Origin: Arenicellales bacterium
GTDB taxonomy: Bacteria > Pseudomonadota > Gammaproteobacteria > Arenicellales > JAJDZL01
Direction: 5' to 3'
Length of the DNA stretch: 64,000 nt
Assembly: GCA_965116205.1 (NCBI GenBank)
Contig: OZ220493.1
Span: 1,412,510 to 1,476,509, forward strand
A program made the position numbers and the translations under genes. Shown here piece by piece: positions 8,894-17,950 of the stretch; position 1 is the first letter of the stretch, and every line of letters begins with the position of its first letter. The notes under the pieces were generated by a model that searched no databases, was not told where the DNA came from, and worked only from the letters and a program-made list of their open reading frames with translations.

Positions 8894-11857
8894 ATGTCTG
8901 ACAAACGTCTGATTGAAGATTGGTTGCCGATAGAAGAACTTGGTATTGAGAGTCTGCGAGAAAGGACACCGATGACTCCATATCCGGCTCCGAATCGTTT
9001 GCATGTCTGGTGGGCACGTCGGCCGTTGGTGGCATCACGTGCCGCCATTCTGGCTTCCTTACTACCGGCGGATGCAAACCACGAGAAGTTTCTACACGTG
9101 TTAGGAATTCATGGCAATCCGGTAGCCGCGCGAACCGCTATAGATGAGGCTAGACGATCTGGAAGACGCGTGACCAATCCTTACAACTATGATCGGGCTT
9201 TCAAGTATCTGCCCACACAAAATATACAAAACGAGGAAGGTGAAGAAGATTCTGATCTGAATTGGCTCGAAAAGAATATCAACTCGTCCTTGAACACAAT
9301 CAGAGTTTGCGACCCAACGGCAGGTGGGGGTAGCATTCCTTTTGAGGCTGCAAGATTTGGTCTTGGGACTATCGGAAACGATTTAAATCCTGTGGCGGCC
9401 CTTATATTGAAGGCTACGGTGGCGTGGCCCACAGAATTTTATGATGAGATATTGGATCAGTTTACATCATTGGCTAGTGAATGGCGCGCTCATCTTGAAA
9501 ATCGTTTGGGAACTTTTTTTCCGCAGAAAGCAGACAACGACCAAAGAGATCATACTTATCTCTGGGCGCGTACAATCACCTGTCCGTATTGTAACGGTTT
9601 GGTTCCACTGTCTCCAAACTGGAAACTTGCGCCTGATGGAACAGGTGTTCGATTGAAACCGAATATAAGCGGAGGTCCCGGAACAGAGGGCAGGGCCTGT
9701 TCATTTGAAATCGTCGAGAATTCACGCGATCAATCACAGGGCACAGTGACGCGTGGTGACGCTATCTGTCCGTTTCTAGATTGTGGGCGCGTTATTGATA
9801 GCGATGAAATCAAAAGACAGGCTCAATCAGGACATGTAGGCGAACAGCTTTTTGCTATTGTTTACAAAAGACAAATATCTGGTAAAAATCTCAAGTCTGG
9901 AAAAGAAGGAAGGAAGAAATGGGTTCGCGGCTACCGCACACCCGACCAATGGGACGACAACAGTGCTGAGGCTAGAGAATATCTTGAACAGAAACTACCT
10001 GAATGGGAAGCGCTTGATATCGTGCCAAGAGAACGAATGCCAGATGGATATAGCACCTCGCATCCCAAACAATACGGCGTATCGTTATGGAATGACCTGT
10101 TTTCGCCGCGCCAACTTCTCTGTCACGGTATCAGTGTCGAGGTTTTTCGAGATATGCTTGAAGCTGATCGAAAAAGAGAACGATTGAATGATCCTCGCAA
10201 AGCAGCATATGGATATCTAGCCATTGTGATAGATACTATGTTGAACTACAACTCTCGATGTGGACGTTGGGATAGCACGACGTGTAGAGTAAGGTCAATA
10301 TTTGATAGACATGATTTCGCATTTGTGTGGTCTTACGGTGAGATGGCACCTTTGGTGAAAGGTGTGGGTTTTGATTGGGCCATCCAGAAGACAGTTAAGT
10401 GCATCAATGAACTTTTGTCACTGATTGATCCAAAAAAAGAGTGTTCTGAGATGGAAGACATGTTTGCAGATGAATACAAGCCGCCTCCAATTTCAATATC
10501 TTGCAAGTCTGGTGACAGTCTTGACCATATTGAGGATGGAAGCATTGACGCAGTAGTGATGGATCCTCCTTATTACGACAATGTTATGTATGCTGAACTC
10601 TCGGATTTCTTTTATGTTTGGCTCAAGCGTACTGCCGGTTACATCTATCCTGAACTTTTTCGCCGTAATTTAACTGACAAGGAAAATGAGGCAGTCGCCA
10701 ATCCCGGCCGGTTCCATGGCATGAAGGGTGCAAAGGCGCTTGCAAGACGTGAATATCAAGAACGGATGTCGTCTATCTTTGCTGAGTGTCGACGGGTACT
10801 AAAACCTGATGGCATTATGACTCTAATGTTTACACACAAGGCGACAGGTGCTTGGGATGCACTCACGAAAGGTTTGATGGAATCAGGATTCATGATCAAA
10901 GCATCGTGGCCCATAAAAACGGAGGCAGAAGGAAGCCTTCATATTCGCAACAAAGCGGCGGCTAATAGCACGATATTTTTGGTCTGCCGCCCACGCCCTA
11001 AGGTGGAAAGCGATCAAGTTGTTTACTGGGAAGAAGTAGAGTCGGAAGTTGCGGAAAAAGTCCATGGGCGAATTAGGGGTTTTGAGAAAGCCGGAATCAA
11101 AGGAGTCGATCTTTACTTGGCTTCGTTCGGACCAGCTTTGGAAGTATTTTCAAGCCATTGGCCGCTAAAACGTGGCACACCACGTGAGCGCTCGTTGCAA
11201 CGGAAAATGCAGTCGAAAAGTATGATTGAAGAGGAAAATGATCCCTACATGGTTACTCCAGAAGATGCGCTTGATGCAGCGCGTCGAGAGGTCAAGAAAT
11301 GGCGCTTAGAACAGATAACTAATCTGAAAACTGAAGTCGACCTTGATACTACCACCGCGTTCTTCGTGCTTGCTTGGGATGCTTTCCAAGCGCCCAAATT
11401 TTCCTACGATGAGGCATTGCGTCTTGCCCGCGCAGTTGGTGTGAATCTTGACCGCGACGTTGTAGGTAGATTGGCCAAGAAAGAGGGTAGCAACATCGTA
11501 TTGTGGGACAGTAGTGTGAGGGCGGCAAAGGGGACACTTGGACCAGCGGATGCTTCACGAGGTATGATTGACGCTATCCATCACGCGGCAAATCAGGCTC
11601 GCACGCGTTCACTTAAAGCTGCGCAACAACTGCTTGCAGACACAAGGGTAGATCAGAATCCCAGTTTTAAAATAGCACTCAAGGCGGTGATTGAAGTGCT
11701 GCCTCAGTCTAAGTCGTTCACAGAATTCAATCTCGAAGGCGACTTGGCGGCTTCGGGTGATGACTACGAAGCTCTCTACAATCTGAATCGCCTGTTTTAC
11801 AGCGATCGAGTCAAATTGCCCGAACAGGAAAAAATCGGTTTCGAAAACAAAAATTGA
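8894..11857 (+). CDS. DUF1156-type DNA methyltransferase with Zn-ribbon (N6-A/N4-C class, DPPY)
   Basis: ATG at 8894, 7 nt after the MBL stop; the tracked 8849 start would overlap the MBL gene. N-terminus MSDKRLIEDWLPIEELG; SAM motif DPTAGGGSIPFEA; catalytic VMDPPYYD; Cys pairs CPYCNG and CPFLDCG. Confidence 0.85.
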   Translation: MSDKRLIEDWLPIEELGIESLRERTPMTPYPAPNRLHVWWARRPLVASRAAILASLLPADANHEKFLHVLGIHGNPVAARTAIDEARRSGRRVTNPYNYDRAFKYLPTQNIQNEEGEEDSDLNWLEKNINSSLNTIRVCDPTAGGGSIPFEAARFGLGTIGNDLNPVAALILKATVAWPTEFYDEILDQFTSLASEWRAHLENRLGTFFPQKADNDQRDHTYLWARTITCPYCNGLVPLSPNWKLAPDGTGVRLKPNISGGPGTEGRACSFEIVENSRDQSQGTVTRGDAICPFLDCGRVIDSDEIKRQAQSGHVGEQLFAIVYKRQISGKNLKSGKEGRKKWVRGYRTPDQWDDNSAEAREYLEQKLPEWEALDIVPRERMPDGYSTSHPKQYGVSLWNDLFSPRQLLCHGISVEVFRDMLEADRKRERLNDPRKAAYGYLAIVIDTMLNYNSRCGRWDSTTCRVRSIFDRHDFAFVWSYGEMAPLVKGVGFDWAIQKTVKCINELLSLIDPKKECSEMEDMFADEYKPPPISISCKSGDSLDHIEDGSIDAVVMDPPYYDNVMYAELSDFFYVWLKRTAGYIYPELFRRNLTDKENEAVANPGRFHGMKGAKALARREYQERMSSIFAECRRVLKPDGIMTLMFTHKATGAWDALTKGLMESGFMIKASWPIKTEAEGSLHIRNKAAANSTIFLVCRPRPKVESDQVVYWEEVESEVAEKVHGRIRGFEKAGIKGVDLYLASFGPALEVFSSHWPLKRGTPRERSLQRKMQSKSMIEEENDPYMVTPEDALDAARREVKKWRLEQITNLKTEVDLDTTTAFFVLAWDAFQAPKFSYDEALRLARAVGVNLDRDVVGRLAKKEGSNIVLWDSSVRAAKGTLGPADASRGMIDAIHHAANQARTRSLKAAQQLLADTRVDQNPSFKIALKAVIEVLPQSKSFTEFNLEGDLAASGDDYEALYNLNRLFYSDRVKLPEQEKIGFENKN

Positions 11858-14800
11858 CGATGTTGCGGAACCACAAATGGAAACTCAAATACACTCTTGA
11901 AGATGGTGACCTCAACAAGTGTTTTTATGTCCCTGCTCTGGAGGATGCGAGACGTTACGATCGAATATCCGGCTACTTCACCGCTACCGCCCTAGCACTC
12001 GCAGCGCGTGGAATTGAAAGTCTGGTGTGTAATGAGGGTCGTATGCGACTTGTAGTCGGTTGCACGCTGAAACAGCCCGAAATTGAAGCCATAAAACGCG
12101 GGGAACAGGTTCGCACCCTTGTTGAACAGAACTTAAGACAACTTCCGCTCACCCCACCGGACTTGGAATCAAATGATGCACTAGAGCTATTAGCATGGAT
12201 GGTTGCATGCGGAATTCTCGAAGTGAAAGTTGCTGTTCCCTGTAATGAAGAGGGCCTGCCGACAGCGGAAAATGCATTACTGCACGCCAAAACCGGTATC
12301 ATTATGGACCGGATGGGTGATCGAATCGCTTGGACTGGCAGTCTCAACGAAACAGGGGCCGGGTGGCGGAATAACTGGGAGAGTATTCATGTTTACACCA
12401 GTTGGGGTTCTGACCTTGAAAGAGTGGTTGAAGAAGAGGAAAATTTTGCTCGTATTTGGTTAGGTGAGGCGCAGCGTCTCATCGTGTTGGATGTTCCTGA
12501 AGCAGTTCGTAAAGAACTATTGCGCTTTAAGCCAAATTCAGGACTCCCCAAACGCTTAGAATCGACTGAAATTGACGAATCGCCAGAGAATCTTTTACGA
12601 GATCGAGTCTGGAAATTCATACAAGGACCGCCGTCGCAGGCAGGAAACAGTCAGAGCATCAGTGAGTCCACCGCTCCAGTCCTTCCCTGGCCGCATCAAA
12701 TTCGGGCATTTGAACGTCTGAATAGAAAATGGCCACCTCGCCTACTGATTGCAGACGAGGTGGGTTTGGGTAAAACCATACAGGCCGGACTACTCTTACG
12801 CCAAGCATGGCTTGATGGACGAGCAAAGAGAATTTTAATTCTAGCCCCCAAAGCAGTACTCAAACAGTGGCAGGTTGAGTTGCGAGACAAGTTCAACTTA
12901 AATTGGCCCATCTATGATGATGGCAAGCTGAGCTGGCATCCTTCGCCGGCGTTGCAGGGGCAAAATATACGTGAAGTTGGACGAGACCAATGGCATCGTG
13001 AACCAATTGTCATCGCTTCAAGCCAATTGATGCGGCGTGCCGACAGAGCACTTGAACTTCAGGAAAATGCCGAGCCTTGGGATCTGTTGGTACTTGACGA
13101 GGCACACCACGCACGCCGGCGCGCTGCAGCTAGCAGTCAGGAAGACAGGCCTAACGCCTTACTGAAACTGATGCGGACCTTGAAGGATCGTACAAAAGGT
13201 CTAATTCTAATGACGGCGACACCGATGCAAGTACATCCTATTGAGGTCTGGGACCTACTTGATCTACTAGGTTTGCCATCGGAATGGAACTCAAAATGTT
13301 TTCTAGACTTTTTTGAAGATGCCAATCAATTTAAACCTTCAGTAGATACTTTTGAACAGATGGCATTGCAGTTTCAAGCGATCGAGCGGGCATACGGTGA
13401 GACCAAGGTGATAGACGTAAAAAATTTGGTTGATCTTTCACAATGGAGTATTGCCAAGATACTTCGTGTGCTTCGCGGCAAACCCAGTATTCCTCGCCGC
13501 AAGCTGGAAGCCGATGAACGTCGTGGGGCAGTTGCAATCATGCGTACTGAAACCCCGGTTCGTAGACTGATCTCGCGAAACACCCGTGATTTACTGCGAC
13601 ATTACCACCAGCGTGGAATGATGAAAATGTCAGTTGCTAATCGTCACGTTGATGATTGCTTTCTCAAACTGACTCAAAGGGAGAGGGTGATTTACGACGC
13701 AGTGGAAGACTACATTGCAACTGTTTATGACAATGCTCGTGTTGATGAACGCAATGCAGTAGGTTTTATCATGACAGTTTATCGTCGTCGCCTAGCCAGT
13801 AGTTTTAATGCACTTAGCAAAACTCTACAGAAGCGTAGGAACACACTCGAACATTCGAACGAAGTCAAGTCAATTGACAATGACATTGCGATGAGTGACG
13901 ACATTCCAGATGATGAGACGACTGACGACATTCTTGATATTGAGGAATTGAATGACCTTGCTCGGAAAGCACTGCAGAAAGAAGAGCATAGTGAAATTGA
14001 ACATTTGCTTTCACAAATTCAAGCTTTACCGCCTGACAGTAAACTTGACACTCTGAAAACTGTTCTTACTGATTTGAACGATGATGGTTACCAACAGGTG
14101 ATGATTTTCACACAGTACACAGATACGATGGAATTTTTACGCGACTCATTGCAATTTGACAGCAGTCGAAAGTTGATGTGTTTTTCCGGGCGCGGTGGAG
14201 AAGTCTTCAATTCCATTGATAATTGGCAGTTGATCGGACGAGAAGATGCCAAACGAAGGTTCAGAAATGGCGATGCAGATCTTCTGATTTGTACGGATGC
14301 CGCAGCGGAAGGTCTGAACTTTCAGTTTTGTGGTGCCATGGTCAATTACGACATGCCTTGGAACCCGATGCGAGTTGAACAGCGCATCGGGCGCATTGAC
14401 CGATTAGGTCAAGAATTTTCGACCATTCGCATAGTGAATATGCATTACGAGGGAACGATCGAAGCAAATATTTATCGTGTATTGGGCGAACGAATTGATT
14501 TGTTCAAGAACGTGGTGGGACGATTGCAACCGATTTTGGCTCGACTACCAAGCACAATAACGCAAAGTGTGCTTACAGGTAAGAATAGGAATATAGAAGA
14601 ACGTGCGAATATTTTCTCGGAAATTGAAACGGACATCGCTCGTTCCAAGGAAATGGGATTTGACATTGATGGAATCACAGAGAGCAATCTCAACATGCCA
14701 GATCGAGAGCCATCAATTATCACTATGGAAGACCTCAACAGAATCATCACTTCTGAAAACTTAATGTCGGACAGTATTAAAATCCAACAACTGGGAGCCC

Positions 14801-14997
14801 ACGAATATGGATTCTCAGTACCGGGTAGAAACAATCCAATAAGGGTAACAACGGACCCAAGGTATTTTGAAGAGCACACGGAAGATATGGAATTCTGGTC
14901 ACCTGGAAATCCACTGTTCATTGCCCCAGATTACGCGGCTGATGTAGAGCTGGACTCTTCGCAAAGGACACTGAAGGATATCCTTGACAGTGGTTGA
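11854..14997 (+). CDS. HKD (phospholipase-D-like nuclease) domain fused to SNF2/DEAD-like helicase
   Basis: About 1,045 aa. N-terminal HKD motif HAKTGIIMD...GSLNET. Helicase motif I ADEVGLGKT, motif II LVLDEAHH, motif VI QRIGRIDRLGQ. The start is either TTG 11854, overlapping the upstream stop, or ATG 11860. Confidence 0.85.
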   Translation: MTMLRNHKWKLKYTLEDGDLNKCFYVPALEDARRYDRISGYFTATALALAARGIESLVCNEGRMRLVVGCTLKQPEIEAIKRGEQVRTLVEQNLRQLPLTPPDLESNDALELLAWMVACGILEVKVAVPCNEEGLPTAENALLHAKTGIIMDRMGDRIAWTGSLNETGAGWRNNWESIHVYTSWGSDLERVVEEEENFARIWLGEAQRLIVLDVPEAVRKELLRFKPNSGLPKRLESTEIDESPENLLRDRVWKFIQGPPSQAGNSQSISESTAPVLPWPHQIRAFERLNRKWPPRLLIADEVGLGKTIQAGLLLRQAWLDGRAKRILILAPKAVLKQWQVELRDKFNLNWPIYDDGKLSWHPSPALQGQNIREVGRDQWHREPIVIASSQLMRRADRALELQENAEPWDLLVLDEAHHARRRAAASSQEDRPNALLKLMRTLKDRTKGLILMTATPMQVHPIEVWDLLDLLGLPSEWNSKCFLDFFEDANQFKPSVDTFEQMALQFQAIERAYGETKVIDVKNLVDLSQWSIAKILRVLRGKPSIPRRKLEADERRGAVAIMRTETPVRRLISRNTRDLLRHYHQRGMMKMSVANRHVDDCFLKLTQRERVIYDAVEDYIATVYDNARVDERNAVGFIMTVYRRRLASSFNALSKTLQKRRNTLEHSNEVKSIDNDIAMSDDIPDDETTDDILDIEELNDLARKALQKEEHSEIEHLLSQIQALPPDSKLDTLKTVLTDLNDDGYQQVMIFTQYTDTMEFLRDSLQFDSSRKLMCFSGRGGEVFNSIDNWQLIGREDAKRRFRNGDADLLICTDAAAEGLNFQFCGAMVNYDMPWNPMRVEQRIGRIDRLGQEFSTIRIVNMHYEGTIEANIYRVLGERIDLFKNVVGRLQPILARLPSTITQSVLTGKNRNIEERANIFSEIETDIARSKEMGFDIDGITESNLNMPDREPSIITMEDLNRIITSENLMSDSIKIQQLGAHEYGFSVPGRNNPIRVTTDPRYFEEHTEDMEFWSPGNPLFIAPDYAADVELDSSQRTLKDILDSG

Positions 14998-15431
14998 CTG
15001 CTAGCATTCCTGTATTAGTTGTCTCTTCACATCTCATCAATGTGGTGGGGGTTGGGCTGGCAACATTTATTAAGTCGATATGTAGGATAAATTGGAGATG
15101 CTGGTTAGAATCTCTCATTTACGACTCCAGCGCTGATGGTACCCAACTCCAATCAAACTGGTCATGTACCAAAATGCAAATGATGTCCTCAGATGGCAAA
15201 GTTCATTTGTATATGCTCATGTGTCCGCACAGCTACTATTGATTTAGAACCGACTGAGTTTGTCGTATAACGTCTGGAAATCCACTAATGTAGATATAGT
15301 CGAAACATGAAAAATGATCACTTTTGAAAGTGAACGCAGCTCCTGATTGGGAGCGTATTCGAAAAACACGTTTTCAGACCGCATGGCTCTGATCTTGAAA
15401 ATCTCGGTAGGTCTCTGATGGTGTTACCACC

Positions 15432-15575
15432 ATGAACAAGCTTAGACTGTTTATTGGACAAAGGGTTTTTTAAGTTTACGCAAAGATGACAGTTTCTATG
15501 TGGATAAAACACACCATATCCAAAATGGTATTGATAACGATAAATTCTATTTTTCGTCTCAGCGTAGCAACACAT
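15432..15575 (+). pseudogene. frameshifted, truncated N-terminal remnant of a fourth AAA-ATPase-like/PD-(D/E)XK paralogue
   Basis: ATG 15432 gives MNKLRLFIGQRVF*. After a 1-nt frame slip in the GGGTTTTTT run (15463-15471) the reading continues GFLSLRKDDSFYVDKTHHIQNGIDNDKFYFSS. This aligns residue-for-residue with MRKLKLPIGAASFARLRNNGCYYVDKTPHINKLIDDGDYYFLS of the intact copies. Similarity is lost before the RPRRFGKS P-loop. Confidence 0.55.
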
Positions 15576-15660
15576 GAGATCTCAAGCACATCGTCAATCA
15601 CTGGTTGCTTTCGGATTGGAGAAACAGACTTAGAAGCGAAACGATGAGCCGGTTATGTTT

Positions 15661-15720
15661 CACGTATGAGACACAAATTGATTTGTGTACCATATTCTGC
15701 AAATTATGGGTGACAAAAAG
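15661..15720. repeat. direct repeat copy A immediately downstream of fic, with 18-bp perfect palindrome
   Basis: About 45 of 60 positions are identical, ungapped, to 17191-17250 (my by-eye alignment). It contains ACACAAATTGATTTGTGT (15671-15688) and reiterated TGACAAAA motifs. Confidence 0.7.
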
Positions 15721-15737
15721 ATGACAAAATCTCAGAG

Positions 15738-16883
15738 TTAAACCGAGGTGCCTTTGATGATGTTCAGCAATTCAGAAAATGCCATAACAGCGGCTCTGCT
15801 TCCTCGTCCCTCATGGATAATCTTCAGAGTTTCATTCTCGCGCAGACTGTTGAGTATCCGTCGTGCTGTAGTCGATGGAACTTTCGCCTGATGCAGAAAA
15901 TCAGTACTCCGGAAAATAGGCCGCTCAAAGATCCAGTCCAGGGCAAAGATAGCGTATTGAGAGCGGGTCAACTCAACAATATCAGTTTTCATGGTGTTGT
16001 AAAAGTTGATGATGTTTCTGCATTTCGTTAAATTGTCTTCAGCCTGATGTCTGATGGCTTTAAGAAAAAACTGACACCACCCGGTCCAGTCGTTATCACG
16101 GGATACTGCAAGTAGACCATCGTAGTAGGCTTCTGGATGAGTTTCCAAATAAGCGCTGATATAGAACATAGGTGCATGAATCAGTTCTACCTGCCAGAGG
16201 AACAGCGGCACGAACATCCGCCCTAAGCGACCATTACCATCCAAGAATGGGTGAATTGCTTCAAATTCGGCATGAAGAATGGCTAGTTGCACCAGTTTGT
16301 CGGGTGCCTCGGCGTGAATGTAGCGTTCCCAAGCACTCATGGCGTCGGGAATTTTGCCGGCCTCTATCGGTACGAACCGCGCCTCTTCCTGAGTGCAACC
16401 GGGTGGGCCGATCCAATTAGGAACGCGTCGATAATCGCCTGGTGACTTCCCTTTACCTTGCGCCCCGCGCAGCAACACTTGGTGTGCCTGTAGGAGAACT
16501 CTTTGAGAGAGTGGTAGATTCTTCAGTAATTGTATGGCCTGTCGCAAGGCGGCGCAGTAGTTGCGCACTTCATCAATGTCGTGACGACGCTGAGAGGAGT
16601 CTGGCTTCCACCCCGCTTCAAATTGCAATACCTCGGCCATGGTGGCTTGAGTTCCCTCAATTCGAGACGATAGCACCGCTTCTTGGGTTGTCAGTGGGGC
16701 CAGCAGAACACTAGGATTTGGGATGGTAGCGAGTGTACCGTCGTAGCGCGCCAGTGCGAAAGTCGCGGGTCCGATATGAGGAATCAGTTGGCGCCAATCA
16801 AGTTGTCCTTCAGGCGGAAAGCGGCCAGGCTGGTAGTAAACGGGTGGCATTGAATTCTCTTGAACTCCAGCACGCCTAGCCAT
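15738..16883 (-). CDS. Fic family protein, class II (N-terminal auto-inhibitory helix), probable AMPylase
   Basis: 381 aa. Fic motif HPFLDGNGRLGR; inhibitory motif SSRIEG, which fits (S/T)xxxE(G/N), lies N-terminal of the core. The C-terminal region looks like a winged helix. Confidence 0.9.
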   Translation of the reverse strand: MARRAGVQENSMPPVYYQPGRFPPEGQLDWRQLIPHIGPATFALARYDGTLATIPNPSVLLAPLTTQEAVLSSRIEGTQATMAEVLQFEAGWKPDSSQRRHDIDEVRNYCAALRQAIQLLKNLPLSQRVLLQAHQVLLRGAQGKGKSPGDYRRVPNWIGPPGCTQEEARFVPIEAGKIPDAMSAWERYIHAEAPDKLVQLAILHAEFEAIHPFLDGNGRLGRMFVPLFLWQVELIHAPMFYISAYLETHPEAYYDGLLAVSRDNDWTGWCQFFLKAIRHQAEDNLTKCRNIINFYNTMKTDIVELTRSQYAIFALDWIFERPIFRSTDFLHQAKVPSTTARRILNSLRENETLKIIHEGRGSRAAVMAFSELLNIIKGTSV

Positions 16884-17190
16884 TCGTAGCGATGCTATGG
16901 TTGCGCCATTCGATTACACTTTTTCTCATCATGCTCAATGGCAGAATCGCACTTTTTTTCTCAAGCTGAATTTCCCCTTATAAACGGCCACGATACTCCT
17001 CAGCACATGTGCATTAACTGTCACGCACAGCAATATGACTTTTCGAGATTCACGACCAGTTATGCATGATTCTGTGCACGAAATCGTCGCATTTCGAATA
17101 TCTGTAGTAACCATCCTCAACGATTTTTATGTAAACCATCTAAGTTTACGTCCATTACAACTATCCTTCGCTCACCGATCAGTTGTGTTG

Positions 17191-17250
17191 CATGTACGGG
17201 TCACAAATTGATTTGTACACCATATTTTATGATATATGGGTCACAAAATC
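17191..17250. repeat. direct repeat copy B upstream of fic, with 14-bp palindrome
   Basis: Partner of 15661-15720. Contains ACAAATTGATTTGT (17203-17216) and GGGTCACAAAA / GATGTCAAAAA motifs. Confidence 0.7.
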
Positions 17251-17555
17251 TAATGGGATGTCAAAAATGTTGTTGAATCAGTCAGCGAGATGAATGAGTA
17301 AACGAGATGTTACTGACTGTGGTGCCTACAGGTAGTTTTGCCACCTGAGTACGATGAAACCTCAGAGAGTGTGGATGAGTCGATTCAACATCAATGGCGA
17401 AGTGCTTGGTGTCTCACTCACTATGACGAGAATTCGTATGATGTCGCCAGTGTTATTTTCATTATGGGTACATCCACCGGTAGGCTACCCATCCACGGTT
17501 AGTATCAGTTAGGTAAAGAGGTAACTCTTTCAATATCAAGTGTGTATTAGTGACA

Positions 17556-17689
17556 GTCGTCGGGCGAGGTACTGTCCGCCATTCGTGCGGTTGCCGACCC
17601 CGCCAATGGCTGAATTGAATTAAATTCGTTACACCAGAACCAATAAACTGCTTCAGTACTTCTGTTTGAGGTCAGGATATCTGAAATGG
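17556..17689. repeat. left copy of an imperfect direct repeat (about 135 bp) bracketing the three-paralogue array
   Basis: Shares perfectly conserved blocks with 23388-23525 in the same order: TGAATTGAATTAA, AGAACCAATAAACTGCTT and AGGTCAGGATATCTGAA. Confidence 0.65.
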
Positions 17690-17950
17690 ATCATCTCGCC
17701 CCCATCAATTGATGTACAAATTTGGCAACCATTTCCAGCACTCTCAACTTCAGCGTCAGTTCCTTTCCAGAACTATCTGTTTAGTGCGCATTTGATGATT
17801 CAAGGTGTAGCATTTTACTTGTTGGAAATGGAATGAGTGGTGAGTTGACAATGATTGACCATTTTACTGTGCATCTCTCAACCGAGAGGCAATGTCGAAC
17901 TCCCATTTGTAATACAATTGCAATAATAGAACTAGTGCGAACATACGACA

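Noticed and set aside
14994-15575. ORFs 14994..15242 (+) and 15318..15575 (-) in the spacer after the helicase gene.
   Set aside because: No motifs and atypical composition. The second overlaps the plus-strand paralogue remnant, which explains the sequence better.
16935-17120. 61-aa minus-strand ORF upstream of fic, considered as a possible antitoxin.
   Set aside because: The Fic protein carries its own N-terminal inhibitory motif (class II), so no separate antitoxin is expected. The ORF has no SD and an implausible sequence.
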